A DNA stretch of 51,915 nucleotides, from contig JAUXFG010000004.1 of NCBI GenBank assembly GCA_030620115.1, positions 1-51,915 on the forward strand, given 5' to 3'. The position numbers and the translations under genes are program-made. The stretch is from Candidatus Fermentibacterota bacterium (GTDB taxonomy: Bacteria > JAFGKV01). The notes under the pieces are model-generated. The model worked only from the letters and a program-made list of their open reading frames with translations. It ran no database searches and was not told where the DNA came from. Below are positions 1 through 10,154 of the stretch, piece after piece (positions within the stretch are counted from its first letter, which is position 1; each line of letters opens with the position of its first letter).

Positions 1-47
1 GTCATCTGAACGCTGAACGCTCTCTTCTCCCTTCCCCATTCCATCTC

Positions 48-115
48 TGGAGGGACGCGCTCCGTCGCGTCCGTGGTATGGAGCGCCAACGGCCATGACG
101 GAGCATGGCCCTCCA
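48..115. repeat. REP-like inverted doublet, family A (TGGAGGGACGCGCTCCGTCGCGTCC...GGCCATGACGGAGCATGGCCCTCCA)
   Basis: Two hairpins bounded by TGGAGGG/CCCTCCA; near-identical copies at 23229-23305 and 49355-49422. Confidence 0.85.
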
Positions 116-125
116 TCATCCTCAC

Positions 126-157
126 TTCGATGTTGGATGTTTGATGTTCGATGTTCA
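126..157. repeat. Degenerate heptamer tandem repeat (TTCGATG)n
   Basis: ttcgatg ttggatg tttgatg ttcgatg ttc; similar arrays near 22958, 23414, 25304-25341 and 49433-49470. Confidence 0.75.
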
Positions 158-178
158 ATCCCCCCTCCCCCCTCGGAA

Positions 179-1288
179 CTACCTAATCTTCAGCGAGGCC
201 AGGCTGAGCAGCATCAGCATGCCTGAGATTATCCAGAATCTGACGGCGATTTTTGTTTCAGCCACGCCCATATACTGGAACGTGTGATGCAGCGGCGCGC
301 GATAGATGAGTCGTCTCTTCAGAAGCTTGATGCCGATCCAATCCTGCAGCACCACGGACGCCATCTCTGCCACAAAAATGCCACCCGCTAATAAGAAAAG
401 CACTTCCTGGCGCAGCACTGCCGCGGCAGTGCCGAGTACGCCGCCCAGCGAGAGCGCCCCTACGTCACCCATGAACACTTCAGCAGGATAGGCGTTGTAC
501 CAGAGAAAACCCACCGAGGCTCCGGCAAGGGCGGAGCAGAATATGGCGATCTCACCTGCACCGGGAATACCCTGAAACTGAAGGTAGCCACTGTACACCT
601 GATTGCCCAGTACGTAGCCAAACACACCATAGACTACTGCCACAAAAAAGGCCGGAACCACGGCAAGCCCGTCCAGCCCGTCGGCGAAGTTCACGGCATT
701 GGCCGCAAAAGTAATAATCAACGCGGTCCACGCGATGGAAAACCATCCCATATCAAACACAGGCGACTTCACGGATGGGATCAACAGAGCATTCCGAAGT
801 TCCTCGGGAAGCGGACTGCTGGAAGGATGAGCGAGAAAGACGCCGGCCGCCACACCAAATGTTGCCTGCAGGATGAACTTGGGCCAGCGAGACAATCCTC
901 TTTCAGCATCCCGGTGACGATTCTTCTGAACATCGTCGAGCAGCCCCAACGCAGAGAACCATATCAGGGAGGCTCCAAGGAGTTGGACAAACCGATTCGA
1001 CAGGTCACACCACAAGACCGTAGCAGCGGCGGTAGCAAGCACGATCATCACCCCGCCCATGGTGGGAGTTCCTCTCTTGCTGGTGACATCCATGACCCCA
1101 TAGTCCCGGACCCTATCGGTCATTCCCGCTCGAAACAGGAGCAAAATCCCTTTTCTTCCCAGCAGAATACTCAAGAGAAGCGCCGTCACCGAAGCAAAAA
1201 CCACCCGGCTAGTGATGTAGTTGAACAACCGAAGAAACGAGAGCCATCCGTCTGGGTCGTACAGTGCTTGATAGAGAATGTGGAACAT
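179..1288 (-). CDS. mraY: Phospho-N-acetylmuramoyl-pentapeptide transferase
   Basis: Motifs KRGTPTMGG, LDD, NAVNFADGLDGL, VFMGDVGALSLG, APLHH; about 10 TM helices; TAATG coupling to the upstream murG. Confidence 0.97.
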   Translation of the reverse strand: MFHILYQALYDPDGWLSFLRLFNYITSRVVFASVTALLLSILLGRKGILLLFRAGMTDRVRDYGVMDVTSKRGTPTMGGVMIVLATAAATVLWCDLSNRFVQLLGASLIWFSALGLLDDVQKNRHRDAERGLSRWPKFILQATFGVAAGVFLAHPSSSPLPEELRNALLIPSVKSPVFDMGWFSIAWTALIITFAANAVNFADGLDGLAVVPAFFVAVVYGVFGYVLGNQVYSGYLQFQGIPGAGEIAIFCSALAGASVGFLWYNAYPAEVFMGDVGALSLGGVLGTAAAVLRQEVLFLLAGGIFVAEMASVVLQDWIGIKLLKRRLIYRAPLHHTFQYMGVAETKIAVRFWIISGMLMLLSLASLKIR

Positions 1289-3294
1289 TAGCCCTTCCTC
1301 AGGGATGTGGAGAGTTCTGCGATTGACTGTTTCAGATCAAACAGCGGCCTAAAATCCGTTGATGTCAACAGAATGTGTTGAAGGTCGTCTTCCACCAGAC
1401 TGATGTCTTCTTCAGAAAGCACGCCGCGCTGGCTCAATCTCTGGAGCGCCGTGAGTGCGGCTTTCCGCACCTTCCAGTTATGCTCCAGAAAGAAACGCGT
1501 GAACCTTGTTGCCCAACCTTGTCCCTGCACCGTCTCTCCTAGGGCTTCCAAAGCCGCGGACCGGACCTCGAACCGTGGGTCGTCCACGAGCTGCTCTAAA
1601 GAAGACATGATGCCCGCGTCATCCCGCACATGCGTGGCCATGGCGCCTGCCGCACGGGCTGCGGCAGTTCGGATTTCGAAATAGGCATCAGCAAGCCCTT
1701 GCATCAATGCCTCCCTCACCTCATTATTCCAGATACCCACTTGCCCCAGGGCTACAAGACAATTACGTCGCACAAAATCGTTCTCCTTGAACTCCAATCC
1801 CAGCATCCGCCTCACAAGGCTCCGTGATGACTTTCGATCATAGACCATGGCGGCAATCAGGCTTATCCTTCCACAGAGACCCAAAAGACCTACTAGTTTT
1901 ATGCCGATATTCCTCTCCTCCCACCGGGGAGACGCCAGGTAGCCATCCGTGCGATATGCCAGATACTCTTGCTCCTCCTGTGAGAAGCCGGAACCTGCCT
2001 TGGTTCGCCCTCTGGCATCTTCCAGGAGTAAGCCTCCACGCAGGTGAGCCAGACGATCAAGGTCTCGAGACAAAGAAGGCCATTGCGCATTGTCCCGTGG
2101 GTCTGAGGGAATAGACTCTCCCGCAGCCAAGGCAATGGTTGCCTCGGCAATCAGTCTCGACGCATGTGGAGTCGCCAAACGGCGCCCCCTTTCGCCCAAC
2201 AATTTCAGGCGCGACTCGTCCGACAGCAAACACGCGATCCGACGTGCAAGCTCTTGAGGTGGAGCGACCCCGATGATCTCGTCCTCTGTTCTCACGGGCA
2301 CTTCATATAAGACCTCAGCAGCACCTGCAGCCTGCAGAGCCAGCGCATTCCTGACTTGATGATCCCCTGGGAGGTTTGCCTTGGGAACAAGCAGGGCAGG
2401 TTTGCCGAAGGCGCAGAGTTCACTAAGGCTGCCGGCACCGGCACGACAAACCACGAGATCGGCTGCCGCAAGGTAATCAGAGATCGGATCAAGATAGCCC
2501 ATACAGCGGTAAAAGGAATCAGATGATCCGATGCCCATCTTCGCAATATCCCGGCGCGTCTCCTCCACTGGATCGTAAGAACCTGAAGAAGCCTTTCCCG
2601 TGGCGTGTATGATCAGGAGGCTCTCCACATTGCGGAGGGCAGGCAGAGCCGCCACGATCCCCTTGTTGAGTGCCCGTGCTCCTAGGCTCCCACCGAATAC
2701 GAGCACCACCTTGGCATCTTTGGCAACCCCCAACTTCTCCCGTGCGGCCCCTCTTGTCAGCGGTTCAATCATGCCGGCACGGATGGGATAACCCAAGAAA
2801 GAGGCCCGACCCGGCGGGAACTCCTCCACTGTGGAGGGATACGACACTGCCACCAGGCTCGCCCAACGTGCCGCATAACGATTGAGGCGCCCAGGCGCCG
2901 CATTCTGCTCGTGGAGGAGAACAGGACAGGCAAAAAAGCCCATCTTTCTCCGAAACATGTTGGCAAACACCACGGGCGCTGAGGCGTATCCTCCCGTACC
3001 CACGATGACATCGGGTTTCCAGCGACAGAGTATCCAGAAAGCCTTGATCATGCCTAGAAAGAGGCTTGCCGCGAATCGTGCCAATGCCGGGAGTGAGCGA
3101 CTGGTGGGAAATCCCCTGGAACTCACTGTCCTGAGAGGGATGCCGGCCGCAGGCACAAGCTTTTCTTCCGCCCTGCCCCGGACGCCCACGTAGAGGAAGA
3201 CCGCCTGCGGATCCAGTTTCGCCAGTTGCTCCCCGATGGCCAAAGCAGGATAGACATGTCCGCCGGTACCGCCACCGGTCAGAAGGAAACGCAT
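1288..3294 (-). CDS. murG: MurG (GT28) fused to a C-terminal HEAT-repeat domain
   Basis: GGGTGGH, GTGGYAS, HEQNAAPG, FGGSLGA, RAGAGSLSE and DHQVRNA in aa ~1-390; HEAT-like units (FVRRNCLVALG, FEIRTAAARAAG, FEVRSAALEALG, WKVRKAALTAL) in the last ~230 aa. Confidence 0.92.
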   Translation of the reverse strand: MRFLLTGGGTGGHVYPALAIGEQLAKLDPQAVFLYVGVRGRAEEKLVPAAGIPLRTVSSRGFPTSRSLPALARFAASLFLGMIKAFWILCRWKPDVIVGTGGYASAPVVFANMFRRKMGFFACPVLLHEQNAAPGRLNRYAARWASLVAVSYPSTVEEFPPGRASFLGYPIRAGMIEPLTRGAAREKLGVAKDAKVVLVFGGSLGARALNKGIVAALPALRNVESLLIIHATGKASSGSYDPVEETRRDIAKMGIGSSDSFYRCMGYLDPISDYLAAADLVVCRAGAGSLSELCAFGKPALLVPKANLPGDHQVRNALALQAAGAAEVLYEVPVRTEDEIIGVAPPQELARRIACLLSDESRLKLLGERGRRLATPHASRLIAEATIALAAGESIPSDPRDNAQWPSLSRDLDRLAHLRGGLLLEDARGRTKAGSGFSQEEQEYLAYRTDGYLASPRWEERNIGIKLVGLLGLCGRISLIAAMVYDRKSSRSLVRRMLGLEFKENDFVRRNCLVALGQVGIWNNEVREALMQGLADAYFEIRTAAARAAGAMATHVRDDAGIMSSLEQLVDDPRFEVRSAALEALGETVQGQGWATRFTRFFLEHNWKVRKAALTALQRLSQRGVLSEEDISLVEDDLQHILLTSTDFRPLFDLKQSIAELSTSLRKG

Positions 3295-3310
3295 GCTTCA
3301 CTCCTATGCA

Positions 3311-4861
3311 TCATTGGATCGAGCCAATCCTTGTCAAAAGACGGTGGAGCACGAACGCCACCAATCCAAGGAATACTACTCGCACAAGGCTGGGCAAATG
3401 CAAGAGCTCCCATTCCGGTATGCGCCATCCCGCAGCCCAGACTCTGAAGGGTATGAGTATGACACCAAAACAGGCCGACAGAAAGAGAATTCTCAGCGAG
3501 ATGTGGACATTCTCCCCGTGATTGGCCACGGGCGTCCCGTGAATGAACCCCCACCAGAGAATCACCGTTCCTGCCGAAAAAGCGATGGAGGTGGCCAGGG
3601 CAATACCTCCGTGCACAAGGGAAGTCCGGACGAGCACATAGTTCAGGATGATGTTCACCACCGCACTGAAAACCGCCACGCCAAGGGTGAATCCGTTTCG
3701 AGCGCAGACCGCGTGATACCTGGAAAGCACGCTTGTCAATGCCAATCCTGGGAGTCCAAGGCTGTAGAAGCGAAATGCCCAGGCGGCCGCCTGAGCCTCG
3801 ATGCCTCCGAATTCCCCGCGTCGATAGACCAACGATGTGATCTCGCCGGACGCGACACAACAGAATGCCGCCACAGGGGCAATCACCCGTAATGTGCGTT
3901 CCACCGCGTGGTGCACAAGCCGCGCCAATTCCCGCGTGTGCCCCTTTGCGTGTTTCTCCGTCATAGCCGCCACGCCTGCGCGGCCGGCGGCAAGCCCAAC
4001 CACCGCTTCCGGCAGTTGCACCAGTCGAGCGGCGTACCATAATGCGGCAACACTGCCTGCCCCCAGCCCTGAAGCCAACCGTCGATCCACGACCTCAGCC
4101 GACTTCTGTGCCACGGACTGCAAGAATACCCAAAGCGACTGCACAAAAATCGCTTTCGCCTCTCTTGCCGTCAATCCGTCCCTGATTCCCCAGCTCACCT
4201 GGTGCCGCCGCCTGTAGCCGGGAGAGAGGAATGCCACTACAAGCGCGCCCAACTGGAGGCCGCCACCGAGAAGAAAGCCCATGGCCAATGCCCGGGCGCC
4301 CGCATCACTCCCCTTGACCGCTAATGAGAGAATGACGCCGAGGCTCAAGCCGATGGGCGCCAGGGAGTAGATCCTCACCGATTCGGTATACAAGAGGATG
4401 CCGCCCACATAGGCTGCAATGCCAATGATGACAAGAAAGGGCAGAATCAACCTGATCAACGGAATCAGAATAGCTCCCCCCTCTTTCTCGATGATCCCGG
4501 GGCCGATCAATCGAGCCAATGCCTCCGCGCGCAACCAAAGAATGGCCCATATCACAAGGAGGGCGCCAACCATCCCAAAGAAAAGCTGCCACGTCATGGC
4601 CCACGCACGGCGCGTCTCGCCCCGGGAATGGGCGCCCTTGATCGCGGGCATGAGAGCCCGTTCCACCATTTCCTCCCCGAGAATCCTCCTGAACAATGTC
4701 GGCACGGTGAAGGCAACGACGAATCGATCCATGGCAGGCCCCGCACCGACAAATGCCGCGGTGGCAAGCTCGCGCAAGAAACCAGTTCCCCTGGCCATTG
4801 CCGTGCCTATAGCCAATGTCAGGAAGTTCTTCCCGAATCTAGATCTCTCCCGGCTATTCAT
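3311..4861 (-). CDS. murJ: Lipid II flippase MurJ/MviN
   Basis: ARGTGFLRE...FVGAGPAMDRFVVAFTVPTLFRRILGE N-terminal signature, RLVQLP, YRRGEF, HGGIALATS; multi-TM, 516 aa. Confidence 0.92.
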   Translation of the reverse strand: MNSRERSRFGKNFLTLAIGTAMARGTGFLRELATAAFVGAGPAMDRFVVAFTVPTLFRRILGEEMVERALMPAIKGAHSRGETRRAWAMTWQLFFGMVGALLVIWAILWLRAEALARLIGPGIIEKEGGAILIPLIRLILPFLVIIGIAAYVGGILLYTESVRIYSLAPIGLSLGVILSLAVKGSDAGARALAMGFLLGGGLQLGALVVAFLSPGYRRRHQVSWGIRDGLTAREAKAIFVQSLWVFLQSVAQKSAEVVDRRLASGLGAGSVAALWYAARLVQLPEAVVGLAAGRAGVAAMTEKHAKGHTRELARLVHHAVERTLRVIAPVAAFCCVASGEITSLVYRRGEFGGIEAQAAAWAFRFYSLGLPGLALTSVLSRYHAVCARNGFTLGVAVFSAVVNIILNYVLVRTSLVHGGIALATSIAFSAGTVILWWGFIHGTPVANHGENVHISLRILFLSACFGVILIPFRVWAAGWRIPEWELLHLPSLVRVVFLGLVAFVLHRLLTRIGSIQ

Positions 4862-6279
4862 CCTCGCTCCGCCCTGCAGACATGTTCCTGGGTCACGCGA
4901 TCGAGCAAGACCCGAACATCCTTCTCACCTGTTTCCATCTGAATATCGTAGGCGCGCCTGAGAAGCTCTCCAAAAAGAGGGCCTGGATCCAGCCCAGCCT
5001 CAATGAGGTGCCGTCCCTGAAGCACCGGCGGCGCAGGTTCGGTTCGCACGAGATGCTTCTCCGCCTGCTCCAATAGCCATGTACCCGCGGGGAAAGCATC
5101 CATATGATCAAAACCGGTCGCCCTATAATCCGCACGGGCGCATCGTTCCAAGAGCTCGATGTTCACCTCTGGCGCCAGACGACGCGCCAATCGTCTCAGG
5201 GCCCCGGGCTTGGCCCCCTGCTGGAACAGAAACTGGGGAGCGAGATGATCCTTCACAAGCTTCTTAGTTCCGCTGATGAGTTCCTTGTCTCCGGTGAAAC
5301 GACAGAGGAACTGCTCACAGAGCCCAACTCCCGCACTGGAGTGCCCCACCGAACGAAGCTTGCCCTGGGCCATGACCGTAGTGTTTGCCTTCCCGAAATC
5401 ATGGCAGAGCACGCCAAACATGAGCAAAAGATCAGTGCGACGGCTTCCGGTCCGAATCCCTGCGGCATGATCCAACGCCAGAAGCACGTGATTCCAGACA
5501 TCACCCTCCGGATGCCACTCTGATTCTTGCGGCACATCAATGAGGGAAGCCCATTCAGGGAAATACCGAATCCAGCCGGAAACACGAAGGAACTGCGCCC
5601 CCAGGCTGGGTCTCTTTCCGACGAGCATCTTCTCGAGCTCGACGAAGATACGCTCCCGGGCAAGCCCCTCAATCCGCATCCGTCGACTACACTTCACAAG
5701 CTCTGGACCTGGCACGAGAAGGAATCGAGAAAGAAACTGCGCGGCTCGCAACACACGAAGTGGATCATCACCAAAGGTGTCCGGATTCACTACTTCGAGG
5801 AGCCCTTGCTCCAGATGGGCTTTCCCGCCCCAGGGGTCGACGATGCATCCGGTGCTAAGATCAAGACCCATGGCATTTATCGTGAAGTCGCGTCGGCGCG
5901 CGGCCTCTCGAAACGAGAGATCGGGAAGCGCCGTCACCTCGAACCCTTGATGCCCTTCGGAGACCTTGGAATCGACCCGCGGGAGCGAGAACTCAACATG
6001 CGAACCCGACACACGGAAGACGGCAAATGCCTTGCCTACCAGATCAAGAGAGCCGTAGCGTTCCAGGATGTCCGCCAGACAATCTGGACCAATCCCAAAC
6101 ACTTCGACGTCCACATCAGTGGACTCCACCCCCAAAAGAAGATCCCGTACCCATCCACCTACGATATAAGGTCTCCCGCCCTGGCTCTGAATCGAGGTCA
6201 GTACGTCTGCCAGCGATGAACCGTTTGGAAACGAAAATCGGGATAATCGCTGGGTCATACCATTCAAGTTCACCCGCAC
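4858..6279 (-). CDS. cca: CCA tRNA nucleotidyltransferase (class II) with HD domain
   Basis: VGGWVRDLLLG, DVDVE, RRRDFTINAM, DDPLRVLR; HD motifs HPEGDVWNH and HDFGK; GTG start after GAGGTG; 4-bp overlap with murJ. Confidence 0.88.
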   Translation of the reverse strand: MRVNLNGMTQRLSRFSFPNGSSLADVLTSIQSQGGRPYIVGGWVRDLLLGVESTDVDVEVFGIGPDCLADILERYGSLDLVGKAFAVFRVSGSHVEFSLPRVDSKVSEGHQGFEVTALPDLSFREAARRRDFTINAMGLDLSTGCIVDPWGGKAHLEQGLLEVVNPDTFGDDPLRVLRAAQFLSRFLLVPGPELVKCSRRMRIEGLARERIFVELEKMLVGKRPSLGAQFLRVSGWIRYFPEWASLIDVPQESEWHPEGDVWNHVLLALDHAAGIRTGSRRTDLLLMFGVLCHDFGKANTTVMAQGKLRSVGHSSAGVGLCEQFLCRFTGDKELISGTKKLVKDHLAPQFLFQQGAKPGALRRLARRLAPEVNIELLERCARADYRATGFDHMDAFPAGTWLLEQAEKHLVRTEPAPPVLQGRHLIEAGLDPGPLFGELLRRAYDIQMETGEKDVRVLLDRVTQEHVCRAERG

Positions 6280-6486
6280 TACTCACCTCTCCCACAGCTG
6301 ACACAGAAACTTCGTCCCGAACTTTGCTTGCCACGCCGACTGGTCACGGCGCATCCGCCAGGAGAAGACGGAAGCCATCCAACGAAGGCGGGTCCCGAAC
6401 TTCTTCAATTCATACCAGAGTTTCGTGATGGAATGATCCCGCCGGATGGCGGGTGGCGCGTCTGACACAGGAGTGAGAAACGCCCA

Positions 6487-6543
6487 CCATGAACCCATGA
6501 ACCTCTCAATCTCTTAACCCATCAACCCATCAACCCATCAACG
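6487..6543. repeat. Degenerate octamer tandem repeat (AACCCATC/G)n
   Basis: aacccatg aacctctc aatctctt aacccatc aacccatc aacccatc; related array at 25954-26045. Confidence 0.8.
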
Positions 6544-6662
6544 CGAGACACAGAGCTTCTGCTCATGTCGCATCCATGTCAACCTCCGCATCATGCTGAT
6601 CGAGCTGTTCCACCACGCCAGGCACCAAGATCATGGGTGAATTGCGCGGCGCTTTTTGGGGG

Positions 6663-6699
6663 TTGACAGGAGGATCGGCAAGCCCCATATGTGTAGGTT
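6663..6699 (+). promoter_or_regulatory. Possible sigma70-type promoter for the lipoprotein gene
   Basis: Perfect TTGACA at 6663-6668; the -10 is only weak (CATATG at 17-nt spacing). Confidence 0.3.
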
Positions 6700-6758
6700 A
6701 CTCTAAATGCAGGTGGGCCACGTTTCTTGAGTGAGCCCACCCAGCAAGGAGGTTGCCT

Positions 6759-7145
6759 ATGAAATTGACATACCTCGTATTCTGCGGGTTTTGTCTCGCT
6801 CTTGTGGTTCTCCCCCTCGGGTGCGGCAACAAGAAGCCACAAGATGAGACATTCCGCATGGAGCTCTCACCTGGTGAGGGCTCGGGCCCGGCTGAACTCC
6901 TCTCGCGTGCTCAAACAGCACGCACCCCGGAGGAGAAGCTCACGCTTTTCAGACAATTGGCGCAAACATATCCGGACAGCCCACAGGCCGATGATGCCCA
7001 ATTCATGACCGGCTTCCTTCTCAAGGAGAACCTCGGCAAGCCGGAGAAGGCGGCCGAGGCATTCGACGTGCTGAAGACCAAGTATCCTGATAGTGAATGG
7101 ATCGACGACGCCGAGAGTATGATGGGTGACGATCCAGGAGACTGA
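6759..7145 (+). CDS. Small TPR lipoprotein (CpoB/YbgF/BamD-like helical repeats)
   Basis: RBS AAGGAGG; lipobox PLG-C; two YPDS-containing TPR-like units (LAQTYPDSPQADDAQF, LKTKYPDSEWIDDA). Confidence 0.8.
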   Translation: MKLTYLVFCGFCLALVVLPLGCGNKKPQDETFRMELSPGEGSGPAELLSRAQTARTPEEKLTLFRQLAQTYPDSPQADDAQFMTGFLLKENLGKPEKAAEAFDVLKTKYPDSEWIDDAESMMGDDPGD

Positions 7146-7165
7146 TCAAGCATACTTGAGAACCA

Positions 7166-7270
7166 TTCAGGTTGTTCAGGGTGCGAGTGTTCAGGGGTTC
7201 AGCGTTCAGAGTTCGGGAGAAAGCCCGGTCCATGGCCGCTGTTCCCCCCTGAAATCTGAACACTGAACTC
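7166..7270. repeat. Inverted arrays of GTTCAG/CTGAAC short repeats
   Basis: Left arm ttcaggttgttcaggg...gttcaggggttcagcgttcag; right arm cccctgaaatctgaacactgaac; the arms can pair. Confidence 0.6.
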
Positions 7271-7357
7271 CTGTTACGCCCATAACTCCGGATAGCCCCC
7301 TTCGCCACAAAATGAGGGGGCACGATCCATAACATTTCCTCCGAGGAGTCCTGGCCT

Positions 7358-10135
7358 ATGAATCCAACGAAGTGTTTTCCAGTCTTGATGCTGATTTTCT
7401 TCGGCCTGGCTGCAGGGGTTTTTGCCGGTACCACCGGCAAGGTCGCCGGCAGAATCACCGACGTCGGCTCCGGGGAGCCTCTTCCGGGAACCAATGTGAT
7501 TCTCGAAGAATTGATGACAGGGGCCATTGTTGATCATAATGGTGAGTATGCGATTCTCAACATTCCTCCGGGATCCTACACCCTGCGCGCCGAGATGATC
7601 GGCTATGGAATCATACGGGCGTCACAGGTTTCTATAGGCGTCGATCACACCACGCGGATGGATTTCCAACTCAGCACCGAGGCCATCGCTCTGGAAACCG
7701 CTGTTGAGATCGTTGCGACACGGCCTGCTGTGCAGATGGATCTCACCTCTGCAAGCTCGGTGGTTGGTTCCAACGAGATCGCAGATCTCCCGGTGGACAA
7801 TGTGCAGGATATACTTACTCTTCAGGCCGGCGTTGTGCAGGGCGCATTTGGGGAGCTTCATATTCGTGGCGGTCGGTCGGATGAGGTGGCGTACTGGGTC
7901 GATGGCGTGCAAACCACTGATGTATACGAAGGGGGCCGGGGTGTAGAGGTCCAGAACTCCGCAGTAGAAGAGCTGCAGGTCATTAGCGGGACCTTCAATG
8001 CCGAGTACGGTCAGGCCATGAGCGGTATCGTCAATATCGTCACCAGCGCCGGCGGCTCCGAGTACGAGGGCGCCATCACCGCGTATGCGGGAGAATTCGT
8101 GAGTACGGATGACAAGACATTCTACGATATCAAGAATCTCGATCCATTCAGTACCGTGAATGCCGAGGTGATCTTGAGCGGCCCAGTTCCAGGCATTGAT
8201 AAGAAGTTGACGTTCTTTGGCTTGGGGAGATACTACGATACTGAGGGTTACTTCTTCGGAAAGCGGGTCTTTTATCCTGATGGCTCAGTGGGCGAGAGCT
8301 CTGCGGTGGCCATGGCGCCCTCCCAGAACATCTACCTGCAAGGTAAGCTGGCGTGGAAACCAAAACCCGAATTAAAGCTCACCTACGGCCTGTTCTGGGA
8401 GGAGAGCGAGCACAAAGATTACGACCATTATTACAAGTACAATCCGGACGCAACGCTCAATCGCTTCAACACCGGGCAGACGCATATAGTAACCTTCACG
8501 CATACCCTTTCCTCTCACACCTTCTATGAGTTGCGGGCCACAAGATTCAATACGGGCTACAAACACTACCTATACGAGGATCCCTTGGATCCCCGATATG
8601 TGCATCCGGACAGCCTTACTGCTCCGGCGAACTACAGCTTCGGGGTTGGCGGAACGCAGATGTCTCACTTCTCCAGAACCACCGAGTATTTGACGATAAA
8701 AACCGACCTGATAAGCCAGATCACCAAACGTCACCAGCTCAAGACAGGCCTGGAGCTCAGGGCGCATAGCCTCGAGATGGACGATGCCGAAGTGAGACCG
8801 AAGACCGTAGGGGGGTACGACGAGTTCGGCGATTGGGACGAACTGGCCGGAACCGAGATCACGCCCTTCGAACCAACGATCCACCCGACACGGAGCCCAT
8901 ATCACGACTACTACAAGAGGAAGCCCAAGGAGTTCAGCGCCTATGTGCAGGACAAGATTGAGTTCCAAGAGATCATCCTCAACCTGGGTCTTAGATTCGA
9001 CTACTTCGATCCAGAGGGCGTGGTACTCGCCGATCCGCAGGATCCCGACGTGAATCATCCGTTGCTTCCCGAACATGTGTACAAGAACTACTCGCCCGCG
9101 GTGACTGACAGCGAGTTGGTCGCCTATACGTTGGCGGAACGAGAGGCCTTCTGGTACAATGATGTCAGCGCAAAGACGCAGATCAGCCCAAGGCTCGGGG
9201 TGGCATATCCAATCACCGACCGGGGCGCGATCCACTTCTCATATGGTCATTTCTTTCAGATACCCCAATTCAGATATCTCTACGAGAATCCAGAGTTCGA
9301 AGTGGCTCGCGGCTCCGGCTTGGGCACGATCATCGGAAACGCTGACCTCGATCCCCAGAAAACGGTGATGTACGAGATCGGACTGCAGCAGGCGCTCTCG
9401 GATGTTGATGCCTTTGACATTACCATGTTCTACCGCGACATCCGCGACTGGGTCGGTACCAGCGAAGCCATCAGTATGTATGTGGCGGGGACCTCGTATA
9501 GCCGGTATATCAATAAGGACTATGCCAATGCCAGAGGCGTCACGCTTACCTATGACCGGCGGTTCATCGATGGATTGAGCGCGGGGTTAGACTACAGTTA
9601 CATGGTGGTGGAAGGATCCGCTTCAGACGCGGCGGACGCATATAATGCCGCCCGTGAGAATCAATCGCCCAAGATCAGCCTGATCCCCTTGGGGTGGGAC
9701 CAGACCCATACGTTGAACGCCTCCCTGGCGGTGGGATCCCACACGTGGCGCGCCACTTTATTGGGTCGATTCGCCAGCGGCACCCCGTATACGCCATCAT
9801 TCGCTCGCGGCCAGATCGCTGGGTCGGGTCAATATGTGGGCCTCGCGGAGAACTCCGAGCGCAAGCCCAACGTGTACAACATCGACCTGAAGCTTTATAA
9901 GAAGCTCGATTTCGGCCGGCTTCGCTATACGGTATTTCTTAATATCTATAATGTCTTTGATACACGGAATGAAACGGGGGTCTACTCCACCACAGGGAGA
10001 GCCACCTATGACCTGGATGCCCAGACCGCATCCGACGACCCCAACCGTCCCAACACCGTTGAGGAATACATCACACGGCCGGATTACTACTCCGAGCCTC
10101 GCAGAGTACAGTTCGGCGTGACTGCGTCCTTCTGA
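7358..10135 (+). CDS. TonB-dependent receptor (CarboxypepD_reg-like N-domain, plug, barrel)
   Basis: Signal peptide then GTTGKVAGRITD; plug LHIRGGRSDEVAYWVDG; ISGTFNAEYGQAMSGIVNIVT; LGLRFDYF; C-terminal ...VQFGVTASF. Confidence 0.95.
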   Translation: MNPTKCFPVLMLIFFGLAAGVFAGTTGKVAGRITDVGSGEPLPGTNVILEELMTGAIVDHNGEYAILNIPPGSYTLRAEMIGYGIIRASQVSIGVDHTTRMDFQLSTEAIALETAVEIVATRPAVQMDLTSASSVVGSNEIADLPVDNVQDILTLQAGVVQGAFGELHIRGGRSDEVAYWVDGVQTTDVYEGGRGVEVQNSAVEELQVISGTFNAEYGQAMSGIVNIVTSAGGSEYEGAITAYAGEFVSTDDKTFYDIKNLDPFSTVNAEVILSGPVPGIDKKLTFFGLGRYYDTEGYFFGKRVFYPDGSVGESSAVAMAPSQNIYLQGKLAWKPKPELKLTYGLFWEESEHKDYDHYYKYNPDATLNRFNTGQTHIVTFTHTLSSHTFYELRATRFNTGYKHYLYEDPLDPRYVHPDSLTAPANYSFGVGGTQMSHFSRTTEYLTIKTDLISQITKRHQLKTGLELRAHSLEMDDAEVRPKTVGGYDEFGDWDELAGTEITPFEPTIHPTRSPYHDYYKRKPKEFSAYVQDKIEFQEIILNLGLRFDYFDPEGVVLADPQDPDVNHPLLPEHVYKNYSPAVTDSELVAYTLAEREAFWYNDVSAKTQISPRLGVAYPITDRGAIHFSYGHFFQIPQFRYLYENPEFEVARGSGLGTIIGNADLDPQKTVMYEIGLQQALSDVDAFDITMFYRDIRDWVGTSEAISMYVAGTSYSRYINKDYANARGVTLTYDRRFIDGLSAGLDYSYMVVEGSASDAADAYNAARENQSPKISLIPLGWDQTHTLNASLAVGSHTWRATLLGRFASGTPYTPSFARGQIAGSGQYVGLAENSERKPNVYNIDLKLYKKLDFGRLRYTVFLNIYNVFDTRNETGVYSTTGRATYDLDAQTASDDPNRPNTVEEYITRPDYYSEPRRVQFGVTASF

Positions 10136-10154
10136 GTAGAGGATCGAGGTGACC

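Noticed and set aside
6283-6600. Small ORFs in the cca/lipoprotein divergent gap
   Set aside because: Composed of short palindromes and octamer repeats; no RBS or coding signature.
6759-7145. SusD homolog for the TonB receptor
   Set aside because: Only 128 aa with two TPR-like units; SusD proteins are about 500-600 aa and lie downstream of susC.
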